Virus record (IMG/VR): IMGVR_UViG_3300020403_002604
Location: 1 to 32,421 of that record
From: a virus
Taxonomy: Duplodnaviria; Caudoviricetes
DNA length: 32,421 nucleotides
Direction: 5' to 3' (one strand)
In this document: piece after piece, positions 14,363 through 22,719 of the stretch
How positions within the stretch are numbered: position 1 is the stretch's first letter
Layout of the letters: each line of letters begins with the position of its first letter
Notes under the pieces: generated by a model
Databases searched by the model: none
The model's input: the letters and a program-made list of their open reading frames with translations, nothing else
Told to the model about the DNA's origin: nothing
Program-made: the position numbers and the translations under genes

Positions 14363-16525
14363 ATGAATAGAGATAACACAAAATACAGTTCTTATTGGTT
14401 GAGAGATGGGTTGTTCGATGATGATGATTCTTTGGATTTGAATCCTATAGAATCTAAACACAATAACCTTATGGCTCTCGCCTCTTATAAGAAATCAATC
14501 GGTAACTTCGTTGATATTGTTACTGGTGAACATATTCCAGTCACCTTTAGTGTAAGGGGTGATTCTTATACTGATGGTAAATCAGTTGTAATTTCATCTA
14601 AGATGGATGATAAAGATTTTGATTCAACTGTTGGGTTGGCACTGCACGAAGGTTCTCACATTAAGTTAACCGATTTCAATACATTAGATACAATCAACAA
14701 CAACATCGGATTGGTTGTTGGTAAAGATTACATTACTCATCTGATGGATAAACACAATATGACTGAGTGGGACTGTCAAAATTGGGTTTCAAAAGTTGTA
14801 AAAGATTTGTTGAATGTAATCGAAGATAGGAGAATCGATTACTACATTTATAGTACATCACCTGGTTACAAAGGTTACTACCACGCTATGTACGATAAGT
14901 ACTTCAACTCTAAGATAGTTGATAAGGGATTACAATCCTCTGAGTATAGAGATAACGATTGGGAATCTTATATGTTTAGAATCATCAACATCACTAATAA
15001 GAATAGAGATTTAGATGCTCTTCCAATGTTGAGAAGTGTATGGAATCTGATGGATTTGAAAAACATCGATATGATAAAAGATACCAATGGTTCGTTGGTG
15101 TTGGCTTCACAGATTTTCAAAGTAATTGAGAATTCACTCCCACCATCAGAAAAACCAATTCAATCACCTAACCAAAAGAATGATGGTGAGTGTGATGGTG
15201 AAGGTGATAGTGATGAACAATCTGAAGGTAGTGGTAACGGTGGTGGTGGAGATAACTCTGAAACTAATGGTACTGATAATACCGAAGGTAATGGTGGTGA
15301 ATCAAAAGATGGTTCTAACGGTACTGATGATTCCAAAGGTGATGCAGAAGGTGATGATGTAAAGAGTGGAAGTAGAGGTTCTTACAATCCTAATGGTGCT
15401 GGTGGTAGTGGTTCTGATTCTCAAATCACCGATGAAAAAACACATTGTTCTGAAGGTAACGGTAAGTTATCAGATAGACAAAAGAAACAATTGGATAACG
15501 CTATTGAGAAACAAAAGAAGTTTCAGAATGGTGATATTCAAAAGAAGAAAGTTTCCAAAACTGAATCTAAGAAGATGGAAACTTTAGATAAGAGTGGTGT
15601 TGAAGAAAAGTTGGCTGGTAAAGATTATCACAATCCAAGTTACTACAGAAACAGTAAACAAACTCCTGTAATGCTTGTGAAAAACTACACTAAACAATTA
15701 GCCGATTCTGGTATGATTAGTATGTTATCTACTTACTCTTGGAGTGTTGATAGAAACTCTGAAGCAATTAACAAAGGTATTATTTTGGGTACTGTATTAG
15801 GTAAGAAACTTAAACTTAGAAATGAGGAAAGAAGTTTGGTTACTCCAAGAATGAAGAATGGTAAAATCGCCGGTAGATTGTTACATGAATTGGGAATGGG
15901 TAATGTTCAAATCTTTGACCAGATTTCAATTAACAAACACAATCCCGCTTTGGTTCACATCTCTATCGATGCTAGTTCATCAATGGGTGGTTCAAAGTGG
16001 AAACAAACTCAAACATCGGCAGTTGCTATCGCTAAGGCCGCTTCAATGACTTCTAACTTAGATGTGGTTATATCTTACAGAAGTATTCAACATGATGGGA
16101 ATACACAACCACTTATGTTGATTGCATACGATAGTAGAAAAGATAAGTTCTCTAAGATTCAACAATTGTTCAAATATCTTAATCCTTGTGGAACTACTCC
16201 TGAAGGTTTATGTTTTGAAACTGTTTTAGATGACATCATCAAAACTAACAAAGGTGTTGATTCTTACTTCATCAACTTCTCAGATGGGTGGCCAGGTTTC
16301 TCTAACAGAGATATCGATTATGGTGGAAACGCCGCGGTTGAACACACCGCCTCTCAGGTTAAGAAAATCCAACAAGCGGGAGTTAAGGTTCTTTCATACT
16401 TTGTGTATGATGGTTACGAAGGTGGTATCGATAACTTCAAAAGAATGTATGGTAAATCAGCAACATCAGTAGATTGTACGAATCTGATGGCGTTGACTAA
16501 AACATTGAACAAATTGTTTCAATAA
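14363..16525 (+). CDS. CobT-like vWA protein with N-terminal HExxH metallopeptidase-like domain
   Basis: LALHEGSH and NVIEDRRID; D/G/S/N-rich linker; MIDAS DASSSM...GTTPE...FSDG. Confidence 0.85.
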   Translation: MNRDNTKYSSYWLRDGLFDDDDSLDLNPIESKHNNLMALASYKKSIGNFVDIVTGEHIPVTFSVRGDSYTDGKSVVISSKMDDKDFDSTVGLALHEGSHIKLTDFNTLDTINNNIGLVVGKDYITHLMDKHNMTEWDCQNWVSKVVKDLLNVIEDRRIDYYIYSTSPGYKGYYHAMYDKYFNSKIVDKGLQSSEYRDNDWESYMFRIINITNKNRDLDALPMLRSVWNLMDLKNIDMIKDTNGSLVLASQIFKVIENSLPPSEKPIQSPNQKNDGECDGEGDSDEQSEGSGNGGGGDNSETNGTDNTEGNGGESKDGSNGTDDSKGDAEGDDVKSGSRGSYNPNGAGGSGSDSQITDEKTHCSEGNGKLSDRQKKQLDNAIEKQKKFQNGDIQKKKVSKTESKKMETLDKSGVEEKLAGKDYHNPSYYRNSKQTPVMLVKNYTKQLADSGMISMLSTYSWSVDRNSEAINKGIILGTVLGKKLKLRNEERSLVTPRMKNGKIAGRLLHELGMGNVQIFDQISINKHNPALVHISIDASSSMGGSKWKQTQTSAVAIAKAASMTSNLDVVISYRSIQHDGNTQPLMLIAYDSRKDKFSKIQQLFKYLNPCGTTPEGLCFETVLDDIIKTNKGVDSYFINFSDGWPGFSNRDIDYGGNAAVEHTASQVKKIQQAGVKVLSYFVYDGYEGGIDNFKRMYGKSATSVDCTNLMALTKTLNKLFQ

Positions 16526-16529
16526 AGAT

Positions 16530-16593
16530 TTAACAATTTCTTAACATTAGAAATTTGGAAAATCAAAATAAAAGTCGTACTTTAGTAGAGTAA
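16530..16593 (+). promoter_or_regulatory. TTAACA-N5-TTAACA box plus promoter
   Basis: Boxes at 16530/16541, TTTGG, TACTTTAG 16578. Confidence 0.75.
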
Positions 16594-16631
16594 TAAGAGT
16601 TAAGAGTATTAATAATTAAAATTTAAAATTT

Positions 16632-17915
16632 ATGAGTAACAAATCACAAAGAGCAGTTTTCCTTCAAGCGAAGAGAAACGAAAGTAAGGAAATCATCCTT
16701 ACAGATTCAGCGGGAGTGGAATTCTTCGTTCCCCAAATAAATGAAAAAGGTTCATCACTTTATAAGAGGTGTGTATCTGCTTGTAACAATCCAACTAAGT
16801 ATTGTATCAAAGCAAGAATCAAAGGTAATCTTACCAATGGTTCTGTTGAGTTCAACAGAGTACCTGGTGAGAAGTTCAATGGTTCTGAACCTGTAACTAA
16901 CTTTAACAAACCTAATGGTGGTTTGGAACAATATCAAATGAAACAAAAACCAACTATGGAAGTTGCTGAAAAACCAATGGAAGAAGATTTCCTAAAGTTT
17001 ATTCATACCGAAGCTGATGGTTTGAAACCACAGATGTTGTTTATGAATCCACTAAAGTGGAAGTACCTAATCAGAAACATTCTGAGAGGTAAAAATATTA
17101 TGATGACTGGTCCGGCTGGTTGTGGTAAAACTATGGCCGCTAAAGCCGCCGCTAATTCCATTGATGGTTACTCTATGGAAATCTTCAACTTAGGTTCTAC
17201 ACAAGACCCAAGAGCCACTCTAATCGGAAATACTCAGTTCGATACTAAGAAGGGTACGGTGTTCTCACCATCACCTTTTGTGAAGGCTATCCAAACTCCA
17301 AATACTGTAATCGTATTGGATGAAATCTCCAGAGCACATCCTGAGGCTCACAACATCCTAATGACTGTGTTGGATGCCGGTCAAAGATACTTGAGGTTGG
17401 ATGAAGCCGCTGATTCACCAGTAGTGAAAGTTGCTGATGGTGTTTCGTTCATCGCTTCCGCTAACATCGGTAATGAGTACACATCGACTAGACAGTTGGA
17501 TAGAGCGATTGTTGACAGGTTCACAATCATCGAAATGGATACTTTGAATGTTGATGAAGAAACATCACTACTTCAAATGATGTACCCATCGGTTGATGAA
17601 ACTGTTCTTAACAATGTTGCTAAGATTACTTCGATGACTAGAAGTGATGTAAAGAAAGAAGTTCCTACTCTTTCAAACTCACTATCGACTAGAACGGCTG
17701 TTGAGATTGGTTCACTACTTTATGATGGATTCAATCTGGCTGAGGCCGCTGAAATTACTATCTACCCATTGTTCGATGATGCGGGTGGAGCACAATCTGA
17801 AAGAACTTTCATCAAACAATTCGTTCAAAAGTTTGTTGGTTCTACTGAAGAAGAAAATCTCTTCAATGTAGAAGATGAAACTTCAGATGATGTTGATTTA
17901 TCGAACCCATTTTAA
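16632..17915 (+). CDS. MoxR/CobS-like AAA+ ATPase
   Basis: Walker A GPAGCGKT, Walker B IVLDEISR, sensor-1 SAN, LDRAIVDRF, STR. Confidence 0.9.
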   Translation: MSNKSQRAVFLQAKRNESKEIILTDSAGVEFFVPQINEKGSSLYKRCVSACNNPTKYCIKARIKGNLTNGSVEFNRVPGEKFNGSEPVTNFNKPNGGLEQYQMKQKPTMEVAEKPMEEDFLKFIHTEADGLKPQMLFMNPLKWKYLIRNILRGKNIMMTGPAGCGKTMAAKAAANSIDGYSMEIFNLGSTQDPRATLIGNTQFDTKKGTVFSPSPFVKAIQTPNTVIVLDEISRAHPEAHNILMTVLDAGQRYLRLDEAADSPVVKVADGVSFIASANIGNEYTSTRQLDRAIVDRFTIIEMDTLNVDEETSLLQMMYPSVDETVLNNVAKITSMTRSDVKKEVPTLSNSLSTRTAVEIGSLLYDGFNLAEAAEITIYPLFDDAGGAQSERTFIKQFVQKFVGSTEEENLFNVEDETSDDVDLSNPF

Positions 17916-17939
17916 TTATTAATTATTACTCATCAAATG

Positions 17940-17970
17940 ACCTCCCACTAAAATAGTGGGGGGTTTATTT
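17940..17970 (+). terminator. intrinsic terminator
   Basis: ACCTCCCACTA-AAA-TAGTGGGGGGT followed by TTATTT. Confidence 0.75.
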
Positions 17971-17999
17971 GGAAGTTAAGAAATAATTTTGTATATTAG
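17968..17999 (+). promoter_or_regulatory. Bacteroidota sigma70-like promoter
   Basis: TTTGG...TGTATATTAG upstream of 18018. Confidence 0.55.
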
Positions 18000-18017
18000 A
18001 TAAAAAATTATATTAAA

Positions 18018-18329
18018 ATGAAAAAAGATATCGTAAAAATCATTCTTGAAACTCTTAGTGAAGATGGATTCTTCAATAATGAGTGGATTGATGAAAACAA
18101 ATTTAGACCTCGCTTTATCAACTCTGCATCTAAAATTAATTTTACAGATGATTTAGGTAAAGATATGGAAACACTATTTAATCTGGCTGAAACAGTAGCT
18201 AAAAGTATTATACAAGAGAATGTAGATACTACAATTGATGGATTGATAGATAAGGGTTTGGTAGAAGAAGTAACCAATGATAAAGGTGAAACAGGTTTTG
18301 TATTAAGTAAACAATTAACAAATGGCTAA
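18018..18329 (+). CDS. hypothetical protein
   Basis: ORF; the C-terminus (GLIDKGLVE...G..GFVLS) is weakly wing-helix-like. Confidence 0.75.
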   Translation: MKKDIVKIILETLSEDGFFNNEWIDENKFRPRFINSASKINFTDDLGKDMETLFNLAETVAKSIIQENVDTTIDGLIDKGLVEEVTNDKGETGFVLSKQLTNG

Positions 18330-18783
18330 AAAAAGAACTATGGATGAACTACGACAAGTAAAAGATTCTGTTTATAAACATCCTAATGTAGATTCTGAAA
18401 ACCCAATCCCTACAGATTTTTGGGATGAGTTATCGGAATCAGAAAAAGAAGCTCTTCACAAAGCACAAGAAGAAGCACAAGAAGAATATCTCAACTATGA
18501 TGAGTGGGAAGAAATGGATAATGATTTCTACGAACATTTGAGAGAACGATTCCAAAAGGGACCAGATGAGATTGGACCTCGTCAATGGAAATCATTCCAA
18601 AACAAAGTAGTACCAATGCAACTGATGGTGATACCAGCGGGTAGACAACACGATGGTGAAAAATCAGTTCAATGGTTTCATACTATTGTAGAGGATTTAA
18701 CACATGGTGAATGTAATGGTGAATATGCACTGATTACAGAAACCGAATTATCAGAAAAGTATAACATTAATTTTAATAACTAA
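18322..18783 (+). CDS. hypothetical protein
   Basis: Acidic ORF overlapping the upstream gene. Confidence 0.75.
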   Translation: MAKKRTMDELRQVKDSVYKHPNVDSENPIPTDFWDELSESEKEALHKAQEEAQEEYLNYDEWEEMDNDFYEHLRERFQKGPDEIGPRQWKSFQNKVVPMQLMVIPAGRQHDGEKSVQWFHTIVEDLTHGECNGEYALITETELSEKYNINFNN

Positions 18784-18793
18784 AAATACAATT

Positions 18794-18994
18794 ATGAAGT
18801 ATTATATCGCAAAAGTAAAAGTAATCTCTACCGATGATAAGGGTAGACAAAAAAAGAATATCGAACAGTATTTGGTTCACGCAGTATCAGTAACCGATGC
18901 AGAAACTAAAGTTCACGAAGAATTTAAAAATGATTCTGTAGAGTTTGAAGTTGGTTCTGTAATAGAAACCAAAATTATTAAGGTTATAAAATAA
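18794..18994 (+). CDS. DUF4494 family protein
   Basis: AKVK...G..KK..EQYLVHAVSVTDAE...FEV.SV.ETKI; Bacteroidota-associated family. Confidence 0.7.
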   Translation: MKYYIAKVKVISTDDKGRQKKNIEQYLVHAVSVTDAETKVHEEFKNDSVEFEVGSVIETKIIKVIK

Positions 18995-18998
18995 ATAT

Positions 18999-19226
18999 AT
19001 GATATCCTATAGTACAAATGAAACAGTAATCGTATCAGTATTTGGTAAGAATAAAGTTGGCCAAATAACAGAAAGACAAAAAACAGTAAAGGGTTATCGC
19101 TATACTGTTACAACTGAAGATGGTAGAATAGTTGAAGAACTATATGTGGATGATAATAGTGTAACATCATTTATAGATAGCCGATTAACAAGGTCGTTTA
19201 ATAAACACTTAGAAAATGGAAATTGA
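18999..19226 (+). CDS. hypothetical protein (SH3-like)
   Basis: Beta-rich small ORF. Confidence 0.7.
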   Translation: MISYSTNETVIVSVFGKNKVGQITERQKTVKGYRYTVTTEDGRIVEELYVDDNSVTSFIDSRLTRSFNKHLENGN

Positions 19227-19509
19227 TAAAAATAAATTTAAAAGGTTAAAAAGAAAGGTTTTAAGAAAGTTCCCTAAAGCAAGTACACAACGAACATCCG
19301 ATGGAAAGTTCTTTGTATCAGATGGAACAGGTAATGTTCTATTAGATGAGTATATGATACCACCACAAAAGACTGTAGCCGCGGCTTGGTTTTGGATGGC
19401 GGAAACTATGAGAGTAAATCAAAACATAGAAAGAACTCACCCTAATAGAATGGATTTAAAATCGTTTGAAGCTAAGTTTGCTAGATTATCTAAAAGAAAT
19501 CGTAGGTAA
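19216..19509 (+). CDS. basic hypothetical protein
   Basis: K/R-rich ORF. Confidence 0.75.
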   Translation: MEIDKNKFKRLKRKVLRKFPKASTQRTSDGKFFVSDGTGNVLLDEYMIPPQKTVAAAWFWMAETMRVNQNIERTHPNRMDLKSFEAKFARLSKRNRR

Positions 19510-19575
19510 TATAGTTTCATTAAAGTTTATTTTATATTTATTAACAAATAGTTAAACAATTAAAATACACTTCAA

Positions 19576-19869
19576 ATGAAAAGATATTCAGGAAAGCCGA
19601 GAGGTAGAGTAAACTTAGGTGGGGCAACTCATCAAAAAGATAGAGATAAATTAAAAAAATTAGGTAAGAATTACAACTCAATTGATTTCGAATTAAGTGA
19701 TAGAATTACTGAAGGAAATTATAAAGATAGAAGTCAACCAATTGGAACTTTAATCGTAGGTAATCAAAGAGTGGATTTAACTTGGTCCGAATGTAATAAA
19801 GTATTTACTACATTAATGGATGCACAGAATTCACACAAAAGAAAAATTCAATTAGGGTTGTTTCAATAA
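19576..19869 (+). CDS. hypothetical protein
   Basis: ORF preceded by TATTTAT at 19535. Confidence 0.75.
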   Translation: MKRYSGKPRGRVNLGGATHQKDRDKLKKLGKNYNSIDFELSDRITEGNYKDRSQPIGTLIVGNQRVDLTWSECNKVFTTLMDAQNSHKRKIQLGLFQ

Positions 19870-19879
19870 AAACAACTGA

Positions 19880-20287
19880 ATGAATCCGAAGGATTTTTTT
19901 AAAGAATTAGGTTTAGGTGATGATGATTTACAACAAGCTCGTGAATGGGTTAGTTATAAAAAGTTTGCATCATCCGTACCAGATGTACTTAAATTAGATG
20001 AGTATGTTAATACGGTTTATAAACACGCCGTAGATAAAGATGCTAAACCACATCAATGGTTCTCTGAAAGATATATGAAAGAAAAGTATCTATTAGAAGA
20101 TATCTTTATTACAGATGAGTACATCCATAAACTTCAAGATAGGATTCTACAGATTGGTGAAAAAAACCCACCACCACATATAGTAAAATTTTTAGCCGTT
20201 TGTATTGATACAGTACAAAAAGAAAACAAAGCATTATCTAAAGATTGTTTAATCTTTATGAACCAAATCTATAAGGGAAAGTTATAA
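19880..20287 (+). CDS. hypothetical protein
   Basis: 135 aa ORF. Confidence 0.75.
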   Translation: MNPKDFFKELGLGDDDLQQAREWVSYKKFASSVPDVLKLDEYVNTVYKHAVDKDAKPHQWFSERYMKEKYLLEDIFITDEYIHKLQDRILQIGEKNPPPHIVKFLAVCIDTVQKENKALSKDCLIFMNQIYKGKL

Positions 20288-20308
20288 TCCCCAATATTTA
20301 TAATTGAG

Positions 20309-20494
20309 ATGAGTTTAAACTACATAGAAGAACCGTACAGAGAAAAGATAATTAATATACTATCAACCAATGATAGTGATGAAAAAAAATATCAAAAACT
20401 AAAACTGTATTTAATTAGTGAACCTTATTTCAAACACTTTACATCAGAACCATCTTGGTTAACAAAAGAAATTATAAAAGACTTTGGGAGATGA
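20309..20494 (+). CDS. hypothetical protein
   Basis: ORF preceded by TATTTATA at 20295. Confidence 0.7.
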   Translation: MSLNYIEEPYREKIINILSTNDSDEKKYQKLKLYLISEPYFKHFTSEPSWLTKEIIKDFGR

Positions 20495-20946
20495 GTATGG
20501 CTACCGTAGAATATTGGGATGAAAATGAATTCAAGTTCTTTGAAACATTGGAAGATGAAGATAAGTTATTGTACTTATACGATTTGATGATTGGTGAGTT
20601 CGCCTATCTACCTATTCACGAAGAAATGGAACGTTTAGATGCGGAAGAAAGAGAGTTAGCTCGTTTAATGAAAGCCGCAGAAGAATTAGAAGGTGAAGTA
20701 GATGATAACTATGATTTCGAAAGAGATAGAAACGAAGTTAAAATCGAATTTGTAAAAGGTGATGATAGAGATATTATTAATATCTACGGGCCCACATTAG
20801 ATTTATTAGTGAAAGTGGCCAATGATTTACAAATGAATGGTATGATTTTAATGAATCGTAAAGTTGAATTCACTAAGTACGAACCTTGGCAAGTAATTTT
20901 AACCTTTGATATTATTGGAAACACTCCACCATTTTCAGTTAACTGA
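20491..20946 (+). CDS. acidic hypothetical protein
   Basis: Start moved to ATG 20491 (ATGA overlap). Confidence 0.75.
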   Translation: MSMATVEYWDENEFKFFETLEDEDKLLYLYDLMIGEFAYLPIHEEMERLDAEERELARLMKAAEELEGEVDDNYDFERDRNEVKIEFVKGDDRDIINIYGPTLDLLVKVANDLQMNGMILMNRKVEFTKYEPWQVILTFDIIGNTPPFSVN

Positions 20947-21014
20947 CATTTTGTCATACACAAATAAGAAATACTGACAAACAGTCTTAAAAAATCCTTT
21001 GGTACACAATTGGT
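20944..21014 (+). promoter_or_regulatory. hsp20 upstream region: TGACA-N3-TGTCA operator(s) plus sigma54-like element
   Basis: TGACATTTTGTCA (20944-20956), degenerate TGACAAACAGTCT (20975-20987), TGGTACACAATTGGT (21000-21014). Confidence 0.5.
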
Positions 21015-21066
21015 ACTATAACAATCATATAAATTAATTGTTTAACTAAAACTAAAAAGGGAAAAA

Positions 21067-21402
21067 ATGATTTTAACAATGAATAACGCATGGAACTTAA
21101 TGGATGAAGTGTTTAACCATCCTCAAAGAGAAACTCGTAATATGAGAATCGAAGATGATGTACTCACTATGGAGTTTGATGTACCTGGCTTATCGAAAAA
21201 AGATATCAATGTAAAAGTAGAAGATACAGTTCTTTCTATTGAAGGTGATAATGAAAAAAGAACATTCAATAAAAGATACAACATTCAAGAAGATTGGGAT
21301 GTATCTAAAACAACTGCTGTTGTAAAGGATGGTGTATTAACTATATCGATTCCAAAGGTAGAAGAAAAAAAGACTAAAGTAATTGAAGTATCCGTTAAAT
21401 AA
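21067..21402 (+). CDS. small heat-shock protein (Hsp20/alpha-crystallin)
   Basis: DVPGLSKKDINVKVED..LSIEG and A..KDGVLTISIPK motifs. Confidence 0.92.
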   Translation: MILTMNNAWNLMDEVFNHPQRETRNMRIEDDVLTMEFDVPGLSKKDINVKVEDTVLSIEGDNEKRTFNKRYNIQEDWDVSKTTAVVKDGVLTISIPKVEEKKTKVIEVSVK

Positions 21403-21587
21403 TGTTCAATAGAGAAGTTGTTAATGTAAATAACACTCTATGGATAGTTCAAAGGAAGATACGAATAGACCATATGCCTATTATATCTACTTGGAAAGAA
21501 CACTTACGTTCTGATAAAGTATTTAAAAAAGAACCTTACTATTATTTTTGTCAAGAAGTTACGGATGTAGAGTGGGAAGATATTTAA
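21402..21587 (+). CDS. hypothetical protein
   Basis: TAATG-coupled to hsp20. Confidence 0.7.
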   Translation: MFNREVVNVNNTLWIVQRKIRIDHMPIISTWKEHLRSDKVFKKEPYYYFCQEVTDVEWEDI

Positions 21588-21639
21588 CAATTTCTTAACA
21601 TAGGGGGCTTGTATAGTCCCCTATTTTTTTGTATATTAG
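21584..21639 (+). promoter_or_regulatory. TTAACA-N5-TTAACA box plus promoter of uvsE
   Basis: Boxes at 21584/21595, TTG, TATATTAG 21632. Confidence 0.7.
21601..21630 (+). terminator. intrinsic terminator of the hsp20 unit
   Basis: TAGGGGGCT-TGTAT-AGTCCCCTA followed by T7. Confidence 0.75.
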
Positions 21640-21662
21640 TATAGAATTAAAAATTACACATT

Positions 21663-22562
21663 ATGAATTTAGGATATGCCTGTATCAATATGACATTGGG
21701 TAAACAGAAACCCAAAATCACAACCAACCGTAGTATGATAAAACGTACCTTCACAGAGAAAGGTATTCCATACGCTTCAGAGTTGGCTATTCAAAACACC
21801 AGAGACCTTATTGAGATTATCAAATGGAATCATCAGAATGGTATCAACTTCTTTAGGTTGAGTTCTGAGTTGTTCCCTTGGGCTAGTGAGTACAACTTAT
21901 CAGAGTTACCTCATTACCATCGTATATCTAATCTTATGGCAGGTGCTGGTAATCTTATCAAAAAGTATAATCAACGTATTACATCACATCCTGGCCCATT
22001 CAATGTGTTGGTATCTCCAAACGAAAGAGTAGTACAGAACACCATTACAGACCTTTCTATACATGGTGAGGTGTTTGATATGTTGGGATTATCTCGTACA
22101 CCTTACAACAAACTTAATATTCATTGTAACGGTGTGTATGGTGATAAACAATCTGCTATGGATAGATTCTGTAAAAACTTTGAACGTTTACCTGAATCAG
22201 TTCAAACTCGTCTTACTGTAGAGAACGATGATAAGGCATCTATGTATTCAGTAAAAGATTTGATGTACATACATGAACGTATTGGTATTCCTATTGTATT
22301 CGATTATCACCACCACAAATTTTGTACTGGAGATTTATCAGAGGAAGAAGCATTGAAGTTAGCAGTATCTACTTGGCCTGATGGAATTACACCTGTAGTT
22401 CACTATTCAGAATCTAAAGCTTTACATGAGAATAATGAGAAACTGAAACCTCAAGCACACTCAGATTATATCAATGAGATTCCTAATACATATGGTTTAG
22501 ATGTTGATATTATGGTAGAATCTAAAGCTAAAGAACTTGCTATTTTAGATTACCTTCAGTAG
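21663..22562 (+). CDS. uvsE: UV DNA damage endonuclease
   Basis: LGYACIN, FFRLSSELFPW, SHPGPF, LTVENDD, FDYHHH, HSDY and MVESKAKE motifs. Confidence 0.95.
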   Translation: MNLGYACINMTLGKQKPKITTNRSMIKRTFTEKGIPYASELAIQNTRDLIEIIKWNHQNGINFFRLSSELFPWASEYNLSELPHYHRISNLMAGAGNLIKKYNQRITSHPGPFNVLVSPNERVVQNTITDLSIHGEVFDMLGLSRTPYNKLNIHCNGVYGDKQSAMDRFCKNFERLPESVQTRLTVENDDKASMYSVKDLMYIHERIGIPIVFDYHHHKFCTGDLSEEEALKLAVSTWPDGITPVVHYSESKALHENNEKLKPQAHSDYINEIPNTYGLDVDIMVESKAKELAILDYLQ

Positions 22563-22631
22563 AAGGCATAGTATTCCGTTTTAGGATGTTTTAGTATTAA
22601 TTCTAATTATTTTAATACTTATTACTAAGTC

Positions 22632-22660
22632 AATGAGGATGTTTACATCCTTATTTTCTT
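22632..22660 (+). terminator. hairpin/terminator after uvsE
   Basis: AATGAGGATG-TTTA-CATCCTTATT followed by TTCTT. Confidence 0.55.
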
Positions 22661-22719
22661 ATATTTAAAATATGAATTTGTAAATAAATACAATTCTCAA
22701 ATTTAATAAAACTAAAAAT

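Noticed and set aside
15180-15420. GGT/GAT-rich stretch as a DNA tandem repeat
   Set aside because: It is explained by the low-complexity G/D/S/N protein linker; there is no exact repeat unit.
15126-16472. Alternate-frame + strand ORFs inside the vWA gene
   Set aside because: Byproducts of GAT/GGT/AAC codon bias (M/V-rich); the main frame is intact.
4148-21600. TTAACAATTTCTTAACA repeats as CRISPR repeats or mobile-element ends
   Set aside because: They are dispersed over kilobases with no regular spacers, no cas or transposase gene, and a fixed distance to promoter elements.
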